NCBI GenBank assembly: GCA_044892525.1
Contig: CM097885.1
Location: 49,230,001 to 49,294,000 of the forward strand
Reading direction: 5' to 3'
From: Schmidtea polychroa
Taxonomy: Eukaryota
Length of the DNA stretch: 64,000 nucleotides
The notes under the pieces are model-generated. The model was not told the DNA's origin. It did not search any database and saw nothing but the letters and a program-made list of their open reading frames with translations. The position numbers were made by a program, and so were the translations under genes. Within the stretch, counting starts at the first letter, position 1; each line of letters opens with the position of its first letter. Shown here piece after piece: positions 24,322-38,957 of this stretch.

Positions 24322-26441
24322 TAAATTTACCATCTAAACCGATGAGTTTAAAAGTAAGAGATTTGTAGTCTATTGTTGATTCCCATCTGTAAGAACATCT
24401 TTGTTGATTGAAGCACGTTTTTCGAGATTGAACAAAAATAAATTTAAAATCAAACATTTTTTGAGATTCAAAAATACCTCCAGCTTCCAGCCAAGAGCAT
24501 GGTACCGTAAGTGCATGATAGGATCTGTTCTAGATAAAATATCATGAACTTTTAGAATGACGCCTACAATCAAATTAGATTGACATTATTTACATTGTTA
24601 TGATGACTATTGTCCTCATATCCATGCGAACCGATTAATTTTGGAAAATATCAGTAAATATTGTTGCGTATATTCCACACAATTAATGACAATTTATACA
24701 ATTTTAATGTGATTTTACAGGCAAGTCTCATTCGAACATATTAAATAATTTTTTTAATTTATTTAATTGTTTTTATTGAAACCTCTTCTACCAAAATTCC
24801 TATTTATTGTGTTTAATATTATCTTCCAAATTGTTCTGATCTATTATTTGTCTGCAAATAACGCGTGAGAATATTTTATCTATCTACTTTTAATATTTTA
24901 ATTTCATTTTAAAGATTATTAAGTAATTGTATTTATAATACAGGACGAAATTTTTGCCTTAATATTTTGAATTCGATAATCTTTCTCCTCAATAATTTCA
25001 TTTATAAAAAAAGCCCAACTGTGGATAAAACACGATCAACCATTTTCTTGGTTTCAATAAAAATAAATCACTTAATATTTAACTGGCAATTTTCTTGAAA
25101 AAATAAAAACTCAAAACTTTCCCAACCGATATTATTTGATTGACAAATCTGCTCTATGTTTATGTGTGACCCATTTAACCCAAGCAAGCCCTAATTTGTA
25201 ACACGATCTAGGGAGAAAAACGTCCAAAACATGATACAAACTCATATTTTTCTAATTTTTGTTTTTGACAAAAAGCGATTTGCAAAGTTTTTAACACGTT
25301 AAAAATATTATTTATGAAAATTTTCTAATTTTCTGTGGGTTTCAAATTATTTTATTGGTTATCATTTTAATCATTCAATTACTTGGGTAAAATCACCATT
25401 TTCCCTCTACTAATAAACATAAAGAAATAAGGAAAGATAAATTTGCACAGATAATAAAGTCTGTAGAAAGATAAAATGTCATACCTAATGTATACCTAAA
25501 ATATTTTTATATCAGTACGAAAGTGGTTCAATAGAAACTTTTTTTAGAAAATATGAATCAATTTCAACCAAAAATACCTAAAATTAAATTTAGTAAATAT
25601 AATAATTAGCACGTTTAAAGCAATGGCACCCGCCCGCGACTGAGATTTGACTTTAGCATTGGTCCGCATCGGTCAATATATAAACTTTTTAACATTATAT
25701 ATAATTAATAATTGTTTATGTCTCGCAGGTAAGTTTTCCAAAAATAATCTGGCATCGAACGTGTAAAATGTTTTATTAGAAAGTTTTGAAAAAAAATAAA
25801 AATATAAAAATTTTGGTGTTGAAATCATTAAATTACTTACCAATAATATATAAAATCCGATTAAAAATAAAAATAGACGAGTTAATTTATCCATTAAAAT
25901 GCTGTGATTTGTTAATATTTGACCAAAATTTATATTATTCTGAAAATTATTTGTTATTTATACAATGAACTGTATTTGCGTGTAATGATTTACAGGTGAC
26001 AAACTGTACAAATTTCACTTCTATGTTTTATAAAAATTTTCAGAAACTTATTTGATGCATTTTAATTTAATAATGTCTGATTTTCTGTAATATTTGCATT
26101 AAAATTGTACTTTCAAATAATTCTTTGGTAAAATTACTCTTGAAAAAGGCTATATCAAAATTTGAGTTAAATAGAAAACAACATATTGATCTATAGTTTG
26201 AAAGAACACAGATAAATAAAAGTGCAGAAGTCAAATGTTATTTATTTACACTAATAGTTAACACGAAAGTATTATTTTTATTTTTAATTATTTTTTTGGA
26301 TGATTTTATTTTTAAAAAATTGGAAGGGGAAAAAGTTCGATTCTATGCGAGTTGAATATTGATGGACGTCTTGTGCTTTGAGATGAGAAAAGTTTCGGTA
26401 GGTAATCTGTGTTAAAAGGTTTTAACTCAACTTTCAAAATA

Positions 26442-28000
26442 CGGTGGTATCTCAGTTAACGAGCTTAATTCGTATCCCGAAGTACTCGTATATCAAAGCG
26501 AATAATTCATAAAAAATAATGGAAACCCCAATGATTCGTTCCACATCAAAATGTTTATTCAAATAAATTGTTTAATATAAAATAAAAAGATTACATATAG
26601 GTACATAAAAAATATACACAATTAATTTGCTTTTGGAACATTGGAATATTTTTCCTTTTCTGTAACTGTAAAGACGAAACTATCAATGGACATTTGCTTC
26701 TTTTTATTATTTCCCGAAAATGTGACATTACATTGTCATTAAAAACCTTGACTGCTCGCAGTGTCACATCCTTATTTGGGTGGTGTTTTTTACATTTTAC
26801 ACATGTCCTTAATCTCATTTGAAGTGAGTGATCCATTCTATTTTATTTTTTCTTCCTAATTTGAGATCTCCTCCACAAGGTTTTGCTGTTGCTCGCTATG
26901 CAGATCCATTAGCTCGTCGGTGGTCAGCTCCTGGTCATGTTACTCCACCAGCTCTTCAATGTCGTTCTAATTCACTTCCAGTCCCATGTTCTTCTCCAAG
27001 GACACAATTTCATTGAGAACTGACAGTTCCTCTTCGTGAGTTAACCCTCATAGTTATCTCCTAGAATGCAGTCAGGCCACAGTTTCCTCCAAGCATAATT
27101 GAGCGTTCTCTTCATGACCTCATTCCAAGCTATATCGATGATTTTGAGACACTTCACGATGTGGAAATGATTTCTCCAGAATTCTTTGGGGGAGGGGGTA
27201 AGATTTGTTCCTTCAGTAACTTCAAAGTATTGCTAAAATAATGCTTTGATGTAAAGCTTTCTAAAGTTCGAAATAACTTGCTGATTCATGGGCTGAAGTA
27301 GTGGAGTGGTATTGGGAGGAAGGAACTTCGCCCTAACGAACTCGAATTTCTCCAGTAAATCATTTTCGAGATTTAGAGGATGAACAGGGACATTGTTCAT
27401 AATTAGCAAAACTTTGAGTGGCACATTATTTTCTTAAAGGTATTTTTTTCACTGTAGGACCGAAGACCTCATTGATCCACTCAACGAACAAGATACGAGT
27501 CACCCAAACTTTGCTGTTGGATCTCCACAAAATGTTTAACTTACTCTTCTGTACTTTATATTTCTTGAAGGTTCGCAGATTCTCGGAATGATACATCTAC
27601 AATGGCTTCATTTTAAAATTCCCGCTTGCATTTACACAAAACAAGAGGGTGAGACGGTCTTTCATGGGCTTCTGACCAGGCATTGGATTCTCTTCTATAG
27701 TAATGTAAGTCCTCTTTGGCATCTTTTTTTCAAAAAAGCCCAGTCTCGTTACAGTTAAAAACTTGCTGTGGTAGGTAACCCTCGGAAATTCAGTGGTGAA
27801 GGCCTCAGCTGCTTTAACGTCCGAACTCGCAGCTTCTCCGTGTCGCACAACACTATGGATACAACTTCTCTTTTTAAAGTTGTCAAACCAGGCCCTGCTC
27901 GCTTTGAAGCCTTCTTCGTATCTTATTGACATATCTGGCAGTTTACTTATAGGGTCGGCGTACAAAGTCTTTGCCTTATCGCCGATAGCTTTCAATCACT
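26442..28000 (-). mobile_element. Truncated Tigger/pogo (TIGD1-like) transposon with decayed transposase
   Basis: TA|CGGTGGTATCTCAGTTAACGAGC terminus. Fragments FKASRAWFDNFKKR, RHGEAASSD, KMPKRTYIT, KDRLTLLFCVNASG and FLPPNTTPLLQPMNQQVI. Confidence 0.88.
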
Positions 28001-28028
28001 GCATCACCTGTTCAAAAATATACAACTA

Positions 28029-28091
<63 letters not shown>

Positions 28092-29166
28092 AAACATATA
28101 AAATCTATATAAATATTTATAATCAACATTATTTATTCATTAGGTAATAAATATATATTTTTTTCGGACAGATAAAAAAACATGTGCATATCGTGTTATA
28201 TTTATGTTATTGTAGGAGTAAACTACTAGTAGTAATACGCACTTTTTGAGTGGAATACTGTCGCTGTTTTTATTTTTAAAATTTATGTCCTGTCCCAATT
28301 TCCTTAAAATATTATGTATACCGTAACTATGTTAGAGATATTGATAAAATTTTTGAATTTTGGTGACAAATTGACAAATTGGTGTAACCCCTTGATAGTG
28401 TTGGGCTGAGCCGAAGGGTAGCTGAGAAATCAGGTTAAACTTAACTAAAGTAAAATAAAAAATAAAATAAATAGATTGATGAATAAAATAGAATAGAATA
28501 TAAGAAAAAGCAATAATTAGAAAATAAGAATTAAAACAAAAAATATAAAAATAAGAACAATTAAATAGGACAATAGAATGACGAAAAATAACGTAAAATG
28601 TAGTAAACAATAAGGAAATTAAGGAAAATAAATAAAAACATAATTTTAATAAAGAAAATAGGAAGAAATAACCCAAAAACAAGGAAAATAAATTAAATTA
28701 ATAAAATAAGGCGGTACTCAATTCTGATTGGTCCGCATAAACGAAAAATACCTATATAAGTAAACAGCAAACTCACTATAGTCAATGTTAAAACCAAACC
28801 AATTACAGTTACAGGTACTCGACAATCCAGAAAACCGACCGACACTCAGACGACTATTAGGAACAGTTCTATTGACAATCCATTCATATAACCGATTTGA
28901 TTAGTGTATATTTCGGCTCAGCCTTTGGAATCACAGAATTTTTCAAACAATAAGTAAGGATGTATTGCTATTGTAAAATTTGTTTTTTCAAGGATTAAAT
29001 ATTTTATTATATTAACGTAACTTTTGAATAAAAACTTCTCCATTCGATTTCAATTTTTTAATGGTAATATAGTTCGTAAATCAATTTAAAGGTTAATGAT
29101 ATATGAATGTTTATGATATGTTTTGTCGTCGAACGTATTGATTGTGATAAAATTATTTTTGAGAAA

Positions 29167-29298
29167 CGTGGAGTTGAGGAGACCCACGCCATGGTGTGAG
29201 GAGCCTTCGGGAGCTCAGCCGGCGGGTGTGGATCTCTTCAATCACGCAGCTGACGTGGGCCGGAATGTGGGGGTTTCCTCACGGGTCCGTCGCTGAAG
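29167..29298 (+). ncRNA. Second copy of the conserved LTR RNA structure
   Basis: TTGAGGAGA/TCTCTTCAA, CCACGCC/GGTGTGG, CTTCGG loop, GTGGGG/CCTCAC. Confidence 0.7.
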
Positions 29299-30720
29299 GA
29301 AGTAAAATGCTGCAAGCACGAGTTTAAAGTATAGAGGAATGCATTCCAATATTGAAAAGTAGAGCAATCTTAATTGAAAATGACTGAGGTGGCTACAAAT
29401 TCTTATTAGACGTCACACTCTGAAATTTCATCTGACATCAGAAATCGTATACTTGCATCAACTGACACTCTATCTTCTAGTGGCAAAATACTCTTCTATC
29501 AAAACTCACGTCAATAGAGAAACTGAGTACTAATATGTTCATTAAATGTAAAATCATAATATAGGAAGCATAAACGAAGATTTATTCAACAAAATTTTAG
29601 TACGAATATATTTTTCGACAAACCCTTTAATTTTTCATTTCTCCGGAAAATCTACAATAGTGGCAACATGAAGTTCTTTCTGTAAACGACACTTTCGACC
29701 AATATAGGTGGAACTCCTTTGAATGAGTTGCTGTAAATATCCACGAAATCATAACATCCAAACTGAAAACGGAGGAAACTGCACATCATGAGAATAAATT
29801 CCAACGTTCATGCTCGATGAGAACTAATCATAGGTAGCATATTGAATAACTGAAATAAATCCAACTCGCGGTGTGAGACGATCAGCTGCAACCCGTTAAC
29901 GTAGATAATGAGAGAGCAGACGAGACAAGTCACACGCATTGCTACACATAAATACACACTTACATATGCCGCATGCATTATTTTCCCAGTCAGCTAATGA
30001 CGATGAGAACAAAAATTGAAGTACACACACATGACATAATTATCCCCGATCGATATCTAACTTTCAGATTCATGTTGTTAATGATTTCTACGAGTGAGCT
30101 ATGCATTACCGGATGACTGTTATCAATTAGCTAGATGTTATAGATTAATTGCACAAGTAAATTCCATAACAAAAATGAATAGATCGATTTTCAGGATAAG
30201 AATAAAAATCTAATCATACTCGAATCTTTAAAAATCTAATGGTAGCACAGTGATTGAATATGTTTTTCGATTTTCATATACTAATATGAGTTACGATTTG
30301 AGGTAATTAATTTAAGGAGCATTCCCGTGGCACTAGAGATCTTTGTTTTTACGTTTTTTAAAGATAAATATCTGTATTCGAAAAGTTATATGTAAAAATG
30401 AATATTAATTATTTAATTATGCAAACAGTCTAATGTTTCCTAAACAATTTCTACGAAACCGATAATGCTAACGTTCACTGGGTCAACACATTTGCGAGTC
30501 ATCTTTCACCTAAATATTTGAGAGTCTCAGATAACCATAGGTAATGGATATTCTAAGTATAATCATAAAATTTTGGCAAAGTATTAATCAGATGTTAATT
30601 TCTCTTGCAACCCCAAATAGACATTCAAGAATTCACTGAATGCAATTACAAAACCCTATTTCTAACGGAACCATATCATTGACCTTTTATCCATTTTACT
30701 TAATTTTTCGAAATTAATAA

Positions 30721-31485
30721 ATGATCATGTCCCATGCTGGTTTAGTAGAAATCGCTGACCTTAATTCTTATTCTGATTGTTTTTCTTTGTTGCAGTTATC
30801 AAAAATGTTGCCAAGCTCGAAGCCGTCGCTCAAACCCTGTTTCTCCTGTACCGACAAAAACACCGTAATCCGAGAATTACAGGCCCAGATCGGTCGATAT
30901 AAAAAGAAGATCGACGATCTGGAAGGTATATGGTTTAGCCCAGTACAAATGAAGGAGGTACAAAAGAAATTGTACCGCAGCGAGCATTGTCGCGATGCTT
31001 TGATAAGCGAAAGTAGAGCTCAGCGTAGCCTAATCAAAGAGCAGTCCGAAGCTCTACATAAAGTTTACGTTCAAGCCGCGACAACCCGAAAGATCGTTAG
31101 TATCCCGATTAAAGAAGCGGACAATGTCTTCCCCGTCCACCATGAACCTTCATTTAGTTCACCACCCTTATCAAAAAGATCTTGTCGTGAATGCGTGGAG
31201 GCCGACCTCTCCCCCAGGCCAACGGACGTACCTACTCCCGGCACCGGCAAGGCATTGCCATCAACCACGACGTCCTCAGAAATCTTGTCTGCCAACCCTT
31301 CGAAACCTAAACGTCGCCAATTATCCAGAGCGGAGCGTAAGAAGCGTCAACGTGAACGAGCAATCGTCAAACAACGGGAACTATCTTCCAACCACCCAAG
31401 TACTTCGAATGATCCCCCCGTAACGATCGATCTAACCGTAGGGATCCCAGGGCGAATCATATCTGCCGCTGGTGTGACTTGGTAG
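30721..31485 (+). CDS. LTR-encoded protein of unknown function (CxxC, coiled coil, basic NLS-like region)
   Basis: 254-aa GC-richer ORF. Likely start ATG at ~30804, after the acceptor TTTCTTTGTTGCAG. A diverged homolog lies at ~44320-44540. Confidence 0.6.
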   Translation: MIMSHAGLVEIADLNSYSDCFSLLQLSKMLPSSKPSLKPCFSCTDKNTVIRELQAQIGRYKKKIDDLEGIWFSPVQMKEVQKKLYRSEHCRDALISESRAQRSLIKEQSEALHKVYVQAATTRKIVSIPIKEADNVFPVHHEPSFSSPPLSKRSCRECVEADLSPRPTDVPTPGTGKALPSTTTSSEILSANPSKPKRRQLSRAERKKRQRERAIVKQRELSSNHPSTSNDPPVTIDLTVGIPGRIISAAGVTW

Positions 31486-32136
31486 GGGAGTGCCTCCGGG
31501 TTTTTTGATCTGGATGAGCTATTGGCGGGTGCAGAGTGGGAGAAGTGAGAATCGCAACACAATACAACCGTGCAGAGTGTTAATGGACAAATAAACTATC
31601 ATGACTCCTTTTCCTCTTAATCCATTTTCCACTAAGTGTACTCGTTATATAGTGCCATAATTATATAGTGTATTATGATAATAGAATAAAGAAATTTGTG
31701 GGTTATTTCTTGTTGTTGTTTTGATTTAAATAGTTGCTGTAAAGGTTCAGAGTAGTGTTCACAAAGTGATTCATAAAGCGAGAGTAAAATTTGAGTTCGA
31801 GAGGCAATAGTCAATTTTGTGTCGAATTATGGGACAGGGTAGAGAGAGAATCTGATGAGGTAAACAGACGTAAGTCCTTCCATCGGCAGTCAGAAAGGGA
31901 AGTCGAGGCTTCAGTAAGGAGTAGTCCTAAGGTAGGGGCTCACCTGCTTACTGGAGTCTCGCCGGCATAGCACATTTCCAACGTGAAGCAATTCGCGGGT
32001 GCTATGTTGGAGGGTAAGTTGTGCGGGGTCCTGCTCCGGGTTGACACGGGCGTATGTAGCGTGATGATATGGGCACGCATCCCCTAGACAAAGACGTAGA
32101 TTGAGCAGAGTCGACCGAGCGCTACCCCAGCAATAG

Positions 32137-32192
32137 TGTCACCCGGTGCGGCCCGCACTCCCCGCACCCCCACCCCCCTAGTGACACCCCTG
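32137..32192 (-). mobile_element. End of a hAT-like MITE split by the solo LTR insertion
   Basis: Reverse complement reads CAGGGGTGTCACTAGGGGGGTGGGGGTGCGGGGAGTGCGGGCCGCACCGGGTGACA and appears to continue left of 28395. Confidence 0.55.
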
Positions 32193-32565
32193 AGTTAAAC
32201 AACCCAACACAAAATCTTTTTTTTCGAGACTAATACAATTACACTTTGATTACACTTTTTATTGATTCAATCACATTTGATACAACCATTTTTTTTGCAC
32301 CTCTCAATACTACAGATACTACAGTTCCAAATACAGCACCGAAATAGGCCAACTTTACAATTTATATCACGCACACCAATTCAATAATTGGTAGTTTTTC
32401 TTTCATTAATTTTCTACATCTCCTCACCAATTCCAAAATTCTTCTGTTGAGTATTGGAACAAACAGAGTTTAACTGTCAAATTGATTATAACAATTACTA
32501 AATAATGAGATTGATTTAAATATAGTAGTAAAACGCCAAATCAATATTTATTAAACTACAATATA

Positions 32566-32743
32566 CAGGAAAACCTCGATAATACGAAATATTGGGATCT
32601 CAGAATTAGGTTCTAATTATCAAGGTTTTCGAATTACCAAAGTTTTACTGTATTAATTAAATGCAAATATATAGAGTTCATTATTTTTATAGCAGATGTA
32701 AAATGTTCGAATTATTAGTTTTCGAATTAACAAAGTTTTACTG
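32566..32743. mobile_element. Tigger/pogo-like MITE with duplicated right end
   Basis: TA|CAGGAAAACCTCGATAATACGAA and TTCGAATTA(C/A)CAAAGTTTTACTG|TA ending at 32650 and 32743. Confidence 0.6.
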
Positions 32744-32943
32744 TATTTCGACATACTTACTGTCATTATCAAGTTCTCAAGTTCTTGATCACTATCGATT
32801 GAAGAAATTGATTAATATTAGTAAACACAATTTTGTGAAAGATTTATAAGATGCTATTTGATTTTTACTTTTATAAATTTTAAAAGTTTAAAAAATTTGA
32901 ATTGAGAAAACAAAGTTTATATTTTAGCAGAGTATAATTTGAA

Positions 32944-33025
<82 letters not shown>

Positions 33026-33072
33026 GCAATAATAACGATAATGACAATAATAATGATAATAATAAAAAGAAT

Positions 33073-33145
<73 letters not shown>

Positions 33146-33475
33146 TTAACAATAATAACGATAATAATAAAAAGAATTATAATAATAATAGAAATATTAA
33201 TAATATAGATAATAAAACAATAATAAAGATCGGCATATATATAATAATATAAATCATTCTTAACATTATCTCATTAAATAGTTCCTCAGTAGCCCCATAT
33301 ATAATTTTCATAATTACAATTTGAGCGAGTGCTTGGATTTCCTATAATATATTATCAGTGGTAATGCTGCACAATAGAGATATTGGCACAATCGCTAATG
33401 ATAGACTTTGATGTCAATAAATAGTATAAGGAATTTTTAACATTTATTTATCATTATCAATGTAACAACAGCAAT

Positions 33476-33612
<137 letters not shown>

Positions 33613-34873
33613 CAATAATAGTTTTAATGGAAATAGCTATTAAGATTGAGTGAACTGATACCTTGACTTATTACAAGTATTAATCAAATCTACAATATCT
33701 ATTGACCATTTGGAACGATTAACACCTGTAGAGCTTAATTTAATAATTCAACATCATTTATTCATCATCAAATGGATTAACTGCCATGAATGCTAAAAAA
33801 ATCGTATCAAATGCAAAGTTCAATATTAATTAATGAAACCGAAAATTAATTTATCATTAATGCGATCGATATCGATGACCCGGTGAATAATTATAATCAC
33901 TTGAACAATAATATTGATATTGTGCTAATGGTTTCTATTCAGATCTCAATAAGCTGATTACACCTGTCCACTCTACTATTACGGGTTTCAATCAATTTCA
34001 TTATTTTATTTTAATTTAACACTTTGAACGCCGTGCAAATCGTATACGATGAACAATACATTTGTATTTTTAGCATTGCACCGTTCAACGTGTTAAATTC
34101 TAATCAATTTGATTGTTCAATTTTATTTTTTGTTTTAATTGTCGGTTTTTTGCTTTTATTTACTTATCTTTTCTATTTTTCTGATTGATTGAGCTATCAC
34201 CATTTTACATAAGTCTTACCCATTCCATAATTTGTTATTTTCTGTCTTTCGTAGTTATTTTTTTTGTTTTTGTATTAAAATATGTTTCTTGTTGAACTGC
34301 TTGTGTGTATTAATTTATTATTTTTGTTTAACTTTTTATTTAATTTTTGTTATATGATTATTTTTGTTTTTGATTGATGTTTTCATTAAATTTAAATATC
34401 TTCAGGCATTTTTCATTTATGTGGCCTAGTCTCGATCCTTTATTCATAATTAATCTAGATTTATTTTTACTAATTTTATCTCCCCGAGATTTTATTCATT
34501 ATTCGCACGACTCAGTGCTTAAATTTATTGCCAAATAAATCAAATCAGTTTGATAAGTTAAAATCAATTATAATGAAATAATTCATAGTTTTTTTTAATT
34601 CTGTTTCTTTACCAAATTTATTTTGTTTTATTTGTTTTTATAATTTAATAAATTTTATTTATTTATTTTTTATTAACGTAATTAAATTGAATTGTAGTTA
34701 AATATTTTGAAAATTAAAAAAATTTCTATTTTACAATTTTTTAAATAATTTAAAGACAATAATTTTGTTCTAAATATGTGCATATATACATATAAAATGC
34801 AAAATCAATTTTGGGGGGTTATCGAATTTTTTTAAGGGGCCACAGTTAACAATTGTCTTGGAAGGCTATAATT

Positions 34874-34920
<47 letters not shown>

Positions 34921-35260
34921 CTAATATTATAAGAACTTTTTTCAAATTTCACCACTGATTTCTTTTCAATTGACATTGTATTTAGTAAATGGCTTGACTA
35001 TGAAAAAGTAAAACTTTATTTACTGATTAATAGTCAATATATATATTTATTTATTAAAAATTAAAACAATTTCGTTTCTTTTAAATTATAAATATTCGTC
35101 ATTCAACTAATTTAAGTACCGTTTTAAAATATAAATTTCAATTCACAACAAAAAATTTTCAAAATGTCTTATCTTTAGTTATTAATAATATTAATAATAG
35201 AATATAAAAGTCTAAAAAATTATATGGTTTATATTAGTTAAAGTTTCAAGTTAAGTCGTT

Positions 35261-35500
35261 TGTTGGGTCGCACTGAGGACAAAATCGAAGTAAGATCTAG
35301 AGGGAATATAGAAAAGATATATTTTCAAGATTGCGACATGATTTTGTAGAAAAACCTGCAAACCCATAGTAACAGACTAGATTATACAGTGGCAAGGTGT
35401 GAGCATACAGGTGAGGTTCATTGCCAAAACTACTCCCTGCTTGACACCCATCGGTGATACTGGACGGCCGATAGAAGGTCCTATGTCTCTTGAAGAAATT
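35261..35500 (-). mobile_element. Remnant 3' end of a related LTR, minus strand
   Basis: TGTTGGG (reverse complement of ...CCCAACA) at 35261. GACGGCCGATAGAAGGTCCTATGTC at ~35463 is the near reverse complement of the LTR1 motif at 7438-7462. Confidence 0.55.
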
Positions 35501-36384
35501 CCCATCAATGTAACCATCTGTTTATTCTATGTACTTACAAACGCAGGAATATAAATGTTTTTGTTATTCATAAATTTTCTGCACTGCCTTTTTCAGTGGT
35601 GAAATTTGAAAAAAAACGTTCTTATAATATATTTTATACGAACTTCTTTCGATTTTCACTTTTGATTACTTTTCAAATGATATTCTATTTATAAAATTCT
35701 CTATAAAATTCTCTATGAATCAGTAAAGATATCAAAAGCCTCGATATCTCTACTGATTCATAAAACGAAAATAAAACATTTTATTAATGAGGGACATTCT
35801 CTCCAAACTAAATTAATACATTAATATTCAAATTGAATTTGCTTGAGCATCGGCCAGGAGATTATCTAGATCAGAGAAAGTCTAATTGTTCAGATATTTC
35901 ACATTTCGAAATCCATTTCGGCTTAGGTAATGAGAACAAAAAGTCGTTCCAATGCGTCGGCTACTTCACGATATCTCCTCTTAAAGTTCGTTTGAGATCA
36001 GCAAATGTTTTTCCGTTTTTGTTGGAGTCGTAGATGGAGTGGGTTCTGAGCTGAGGTTAATGACTGAAGGAGGAGGAACGAGTGGACACTGATCAAGAGG
36101 AGCTGGTGTTGGGTAACTGGTGTGACAAAAGGTGTGGCCTCCGTTCCTGTCAGGTGGTGTGTGGGAATGTTCGGCCAATGACAGGTGCAGTATTTGGAAA
36201 TGTAACTCTGCTTGAATATACACTTGGTGCAGAGTTTTACTCTGTTCATGAATTAATCTCCATTGTCCTCGAATTTCAGTGATTAATCAATCACGGCAAC
36301 TTTCCAGGCGCAGTACCTTCTTCTGCATCTCTTTCATTTGGACCGAGGAGAACCATACCGCCTATAAATGATCGATCTTGGCTT

Positions 36385-38342
36385 CTATTGAATTCTACTA
36401 TTGATAGAAAGTTTCCATTATAGTCTTGTGAAAATACTTCATGATGACCGTGGAATGCTAGAGGATTTTTAGAAAGTACAAGCGTTATATGGAATATAAA
36501 GTTCCATGACCATTTTCCTAAAAAAGCATTATACCGAGCTTGCTTTTCAGCATTTTTATCAATGGTTTTATTTTGTTTCCACATTTCAAATATTTCGCAT
36601 GCTTCAATGTGTTGTTGTGAAACACTATATGTTTTTATGCGTGGGGATAAATTTTTCCAATCTTTTATACCAGAACGCCATTGACTATTAATATTTAAGA
36701 ACAGCTGTTGAGGTCTCAATTTTTGAGATACTCAAATTTACTGGTTCTTATATAAATAAATAAAGATAAGTTTAATTATAAAAGTTTATTTGATAATAAA
36801 AAAATACCAATCAAAAATGTATAGATGCTTCAGGTACGTGTAAATATACATTTGGTTGATCAATTCAATTCTTCGAAAATTCGATGCTTGTACTTATATA
36901 TTTTTGTTAAACTGTTATATTGTGCGTGCTGTTTTAGTTACTGCAATTTTTGAAAGATGTAGAGCGTTTCTGTCTGGTCTTGGTTTTAAGTTATTCGCCG
37001 GATTTACCTTTGAATAGTTTGTTAAAACGCAAATTTTTGGGCGATAGAACTGATTTTTACTTGGATATTTATACTATTTTAAAATATAATAAAGAAATTA
37101 TTTTATTTCCGGCCTGTACGCACGGAATAATAATATTAATCAATGTATATTTTGCCATATCTTTTTGGTAAAATTGCGTGTTATATTATATTTATTATTA
37201 TATTTATTCTTATAATTTTATTTCCGACCTCTACGCACGGAATATATATATATATATGTCATGGACAAAATGTCATAGTATAAAAGTTGTTGATAATATA
37301 CCATTGCAACATGTTGAGTGTTATCAGTAACTTTGCGACCAATACCCATAGGGAGATAAAATATTTTGTCGGATAAACTCTGAGTATGTATATTTTGTCC
37401 AATGGTATTTTGTCCACATGATATTTTGTCCACATGACATTTTGTCCACATGACATTTTCTCCGTGACATTTTCTCCGGTGACATTTTGTCCTAGAACCG
37501 CTGCCATAAAGTAATAATAATTTTCACTAAAACATTATTTTGTTGGCTGGGATCTTTAGGAAGTGGTCCTTTCAGTCTATGAGGTGACAGATTTATTATT
37601 AATCTCTTTGTTTCATCAGAAATATTTTGATTTAAATATTGTCCAAAATTAGAGGTAATTAATTTAATTTCATCATTGTCGCTTGGATTAGTATCGTAAC
37701 TTGTTGACACTTCTGTTAATACTTCAGTTACTTCTTCAAAAATGTCATTAATATCCAATAACCTGACGTCATCATCATGACCCCGATCAACTATTGCATT
37801 GTCTTCTGCAGCAAGTTCTGCTGGTGGTATATTTGCATGACTGCTGGATGTCTTCTGAAAAAAAAATCAAGCTTTGGTAATTTGTTTAATTTTTCTTATT
37901 TTTGTTTTTTAAGTTTTCTTTTAAGAGCTCCACTCAATGTTTTTGATTTCAGCTTGTGTGAGTCATCCATATTTAATCAATAGCAACTAAATTTACAATT
38001 ATTTTTTAAATTTTAATATTTAACAAATCTCAGAAATCTGTCAACACCCAACAGGATACGAAAATACTGAAAATGTAAAAAGTGAATTCTTATTCAAAAT
38101 ATTAATAAACTGCAGTTAAGGAACGCCACAATATATTTCAAACTTTGAACAAAACAAAATGCAGTGGTTCCATTCAGGAACCCTACATAATTTATAAATC
38201 CAATTTTTCATTATTTTATTTGAAAAAATTAAAGCTTTAATAGGCTTATAGGTTTTGGAATAAAGAGCCCTTGGGAAAGGGCCCCTGTTTGCATGGACCC
38301 CTAGGCATTGCATACTCTTATTAAGTGGTACCTACGCCACTG
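36385..38342 (-). mobile_element. Truncated hAT (Tip100/ZMYM1-like) transposon
   Basis: Terminus CAGTGGCGTAGG at 38342. Fragments LSGALKRKLKK, GPLPKDPS, GIKDWKNLSPRIK, NPLAFHGHHE and GNFLSIVE, interrupted by insertions. Confidence 0.75.
37260..37499 (-). mobile_element. DNA-transposon/MITE end with tandem GGACAAAATGTC subterminal repeats, inserted in the hAT
   Basis: GGTTCTAGGACAAAATGTCACC followed by several GGACAAAAT repeats. A homologous fragment lies at ~44865-44945. Confidence 0.6.
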
Positions 38343-38957
38343 CCCAACACGTTCCTGAAATAGAATAGTTTTAGATGAAATGTTAATTGATTAATGCCGT
38401 ATTGTTTGTATTTCTAAATTTCTTTCAAAGTTAATTTATTAAAAAATGGTTCGAGTGGAATCCCTGCGAGTCCCCTTTAGCAACTTTCGATTATATTCAT
38501 TTCGAGTTTTAATGATGGATATCAAGAAATTTTAAATAGTATAATTTTGCATTTAAAATCTTTTATATTGTTTTCATTCTGCTTTTTGATCTAGTTTTTT
38601 TGATGAACCAGATGGCCAGGAAATGTCAGTCATGAGAAGGACAGTCTGTGAGATCAGTTCATTAAATAACATGTTTATAAAATCTGCTTTGAAATTCCAC
38701 GGTGAGAATTGAATTGGCATAATTTTGAGAATATTTCCAGTCTATGGCGTGCTATTTACCAAAGAAAACATACAAGAAACAAGATAGAATTAATTTGTTG
38801 CATTGATTATTTCTTAAATATTGTATTTTTAATCCATTGCCTAAAATTAGAATCATAGAACGCAATACCGGTCTTCGACATTAAATGCTTTAATTAAAAA
38901 TGATTTTTCCTTACAATTGGAATGTGTTGTTAAATGTTTATTAGGAATTATGATTAC

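Larger units (their letters stand above)
28399..32132 (+). mobile_element. Solo LTR (3734 bp) related to the 6128 LTR family
   Basis: TGTTGGG...CCCAGCA ends and 4-bp TSD ATAG (28395-28398, 32133-32136). Shares the CCAAT/TATA layout, the structured RNA and the 3' motif GACGTAAG.CCTTC.ATCGGC (~31867) with LTR1. Confidence 0.82.

Noticed and set aside
35833..36380. GC-richer block with short Cys/His ORFs
   Set aside because: Probably a retroelement fragment, but no diagnostic motif could be identified.
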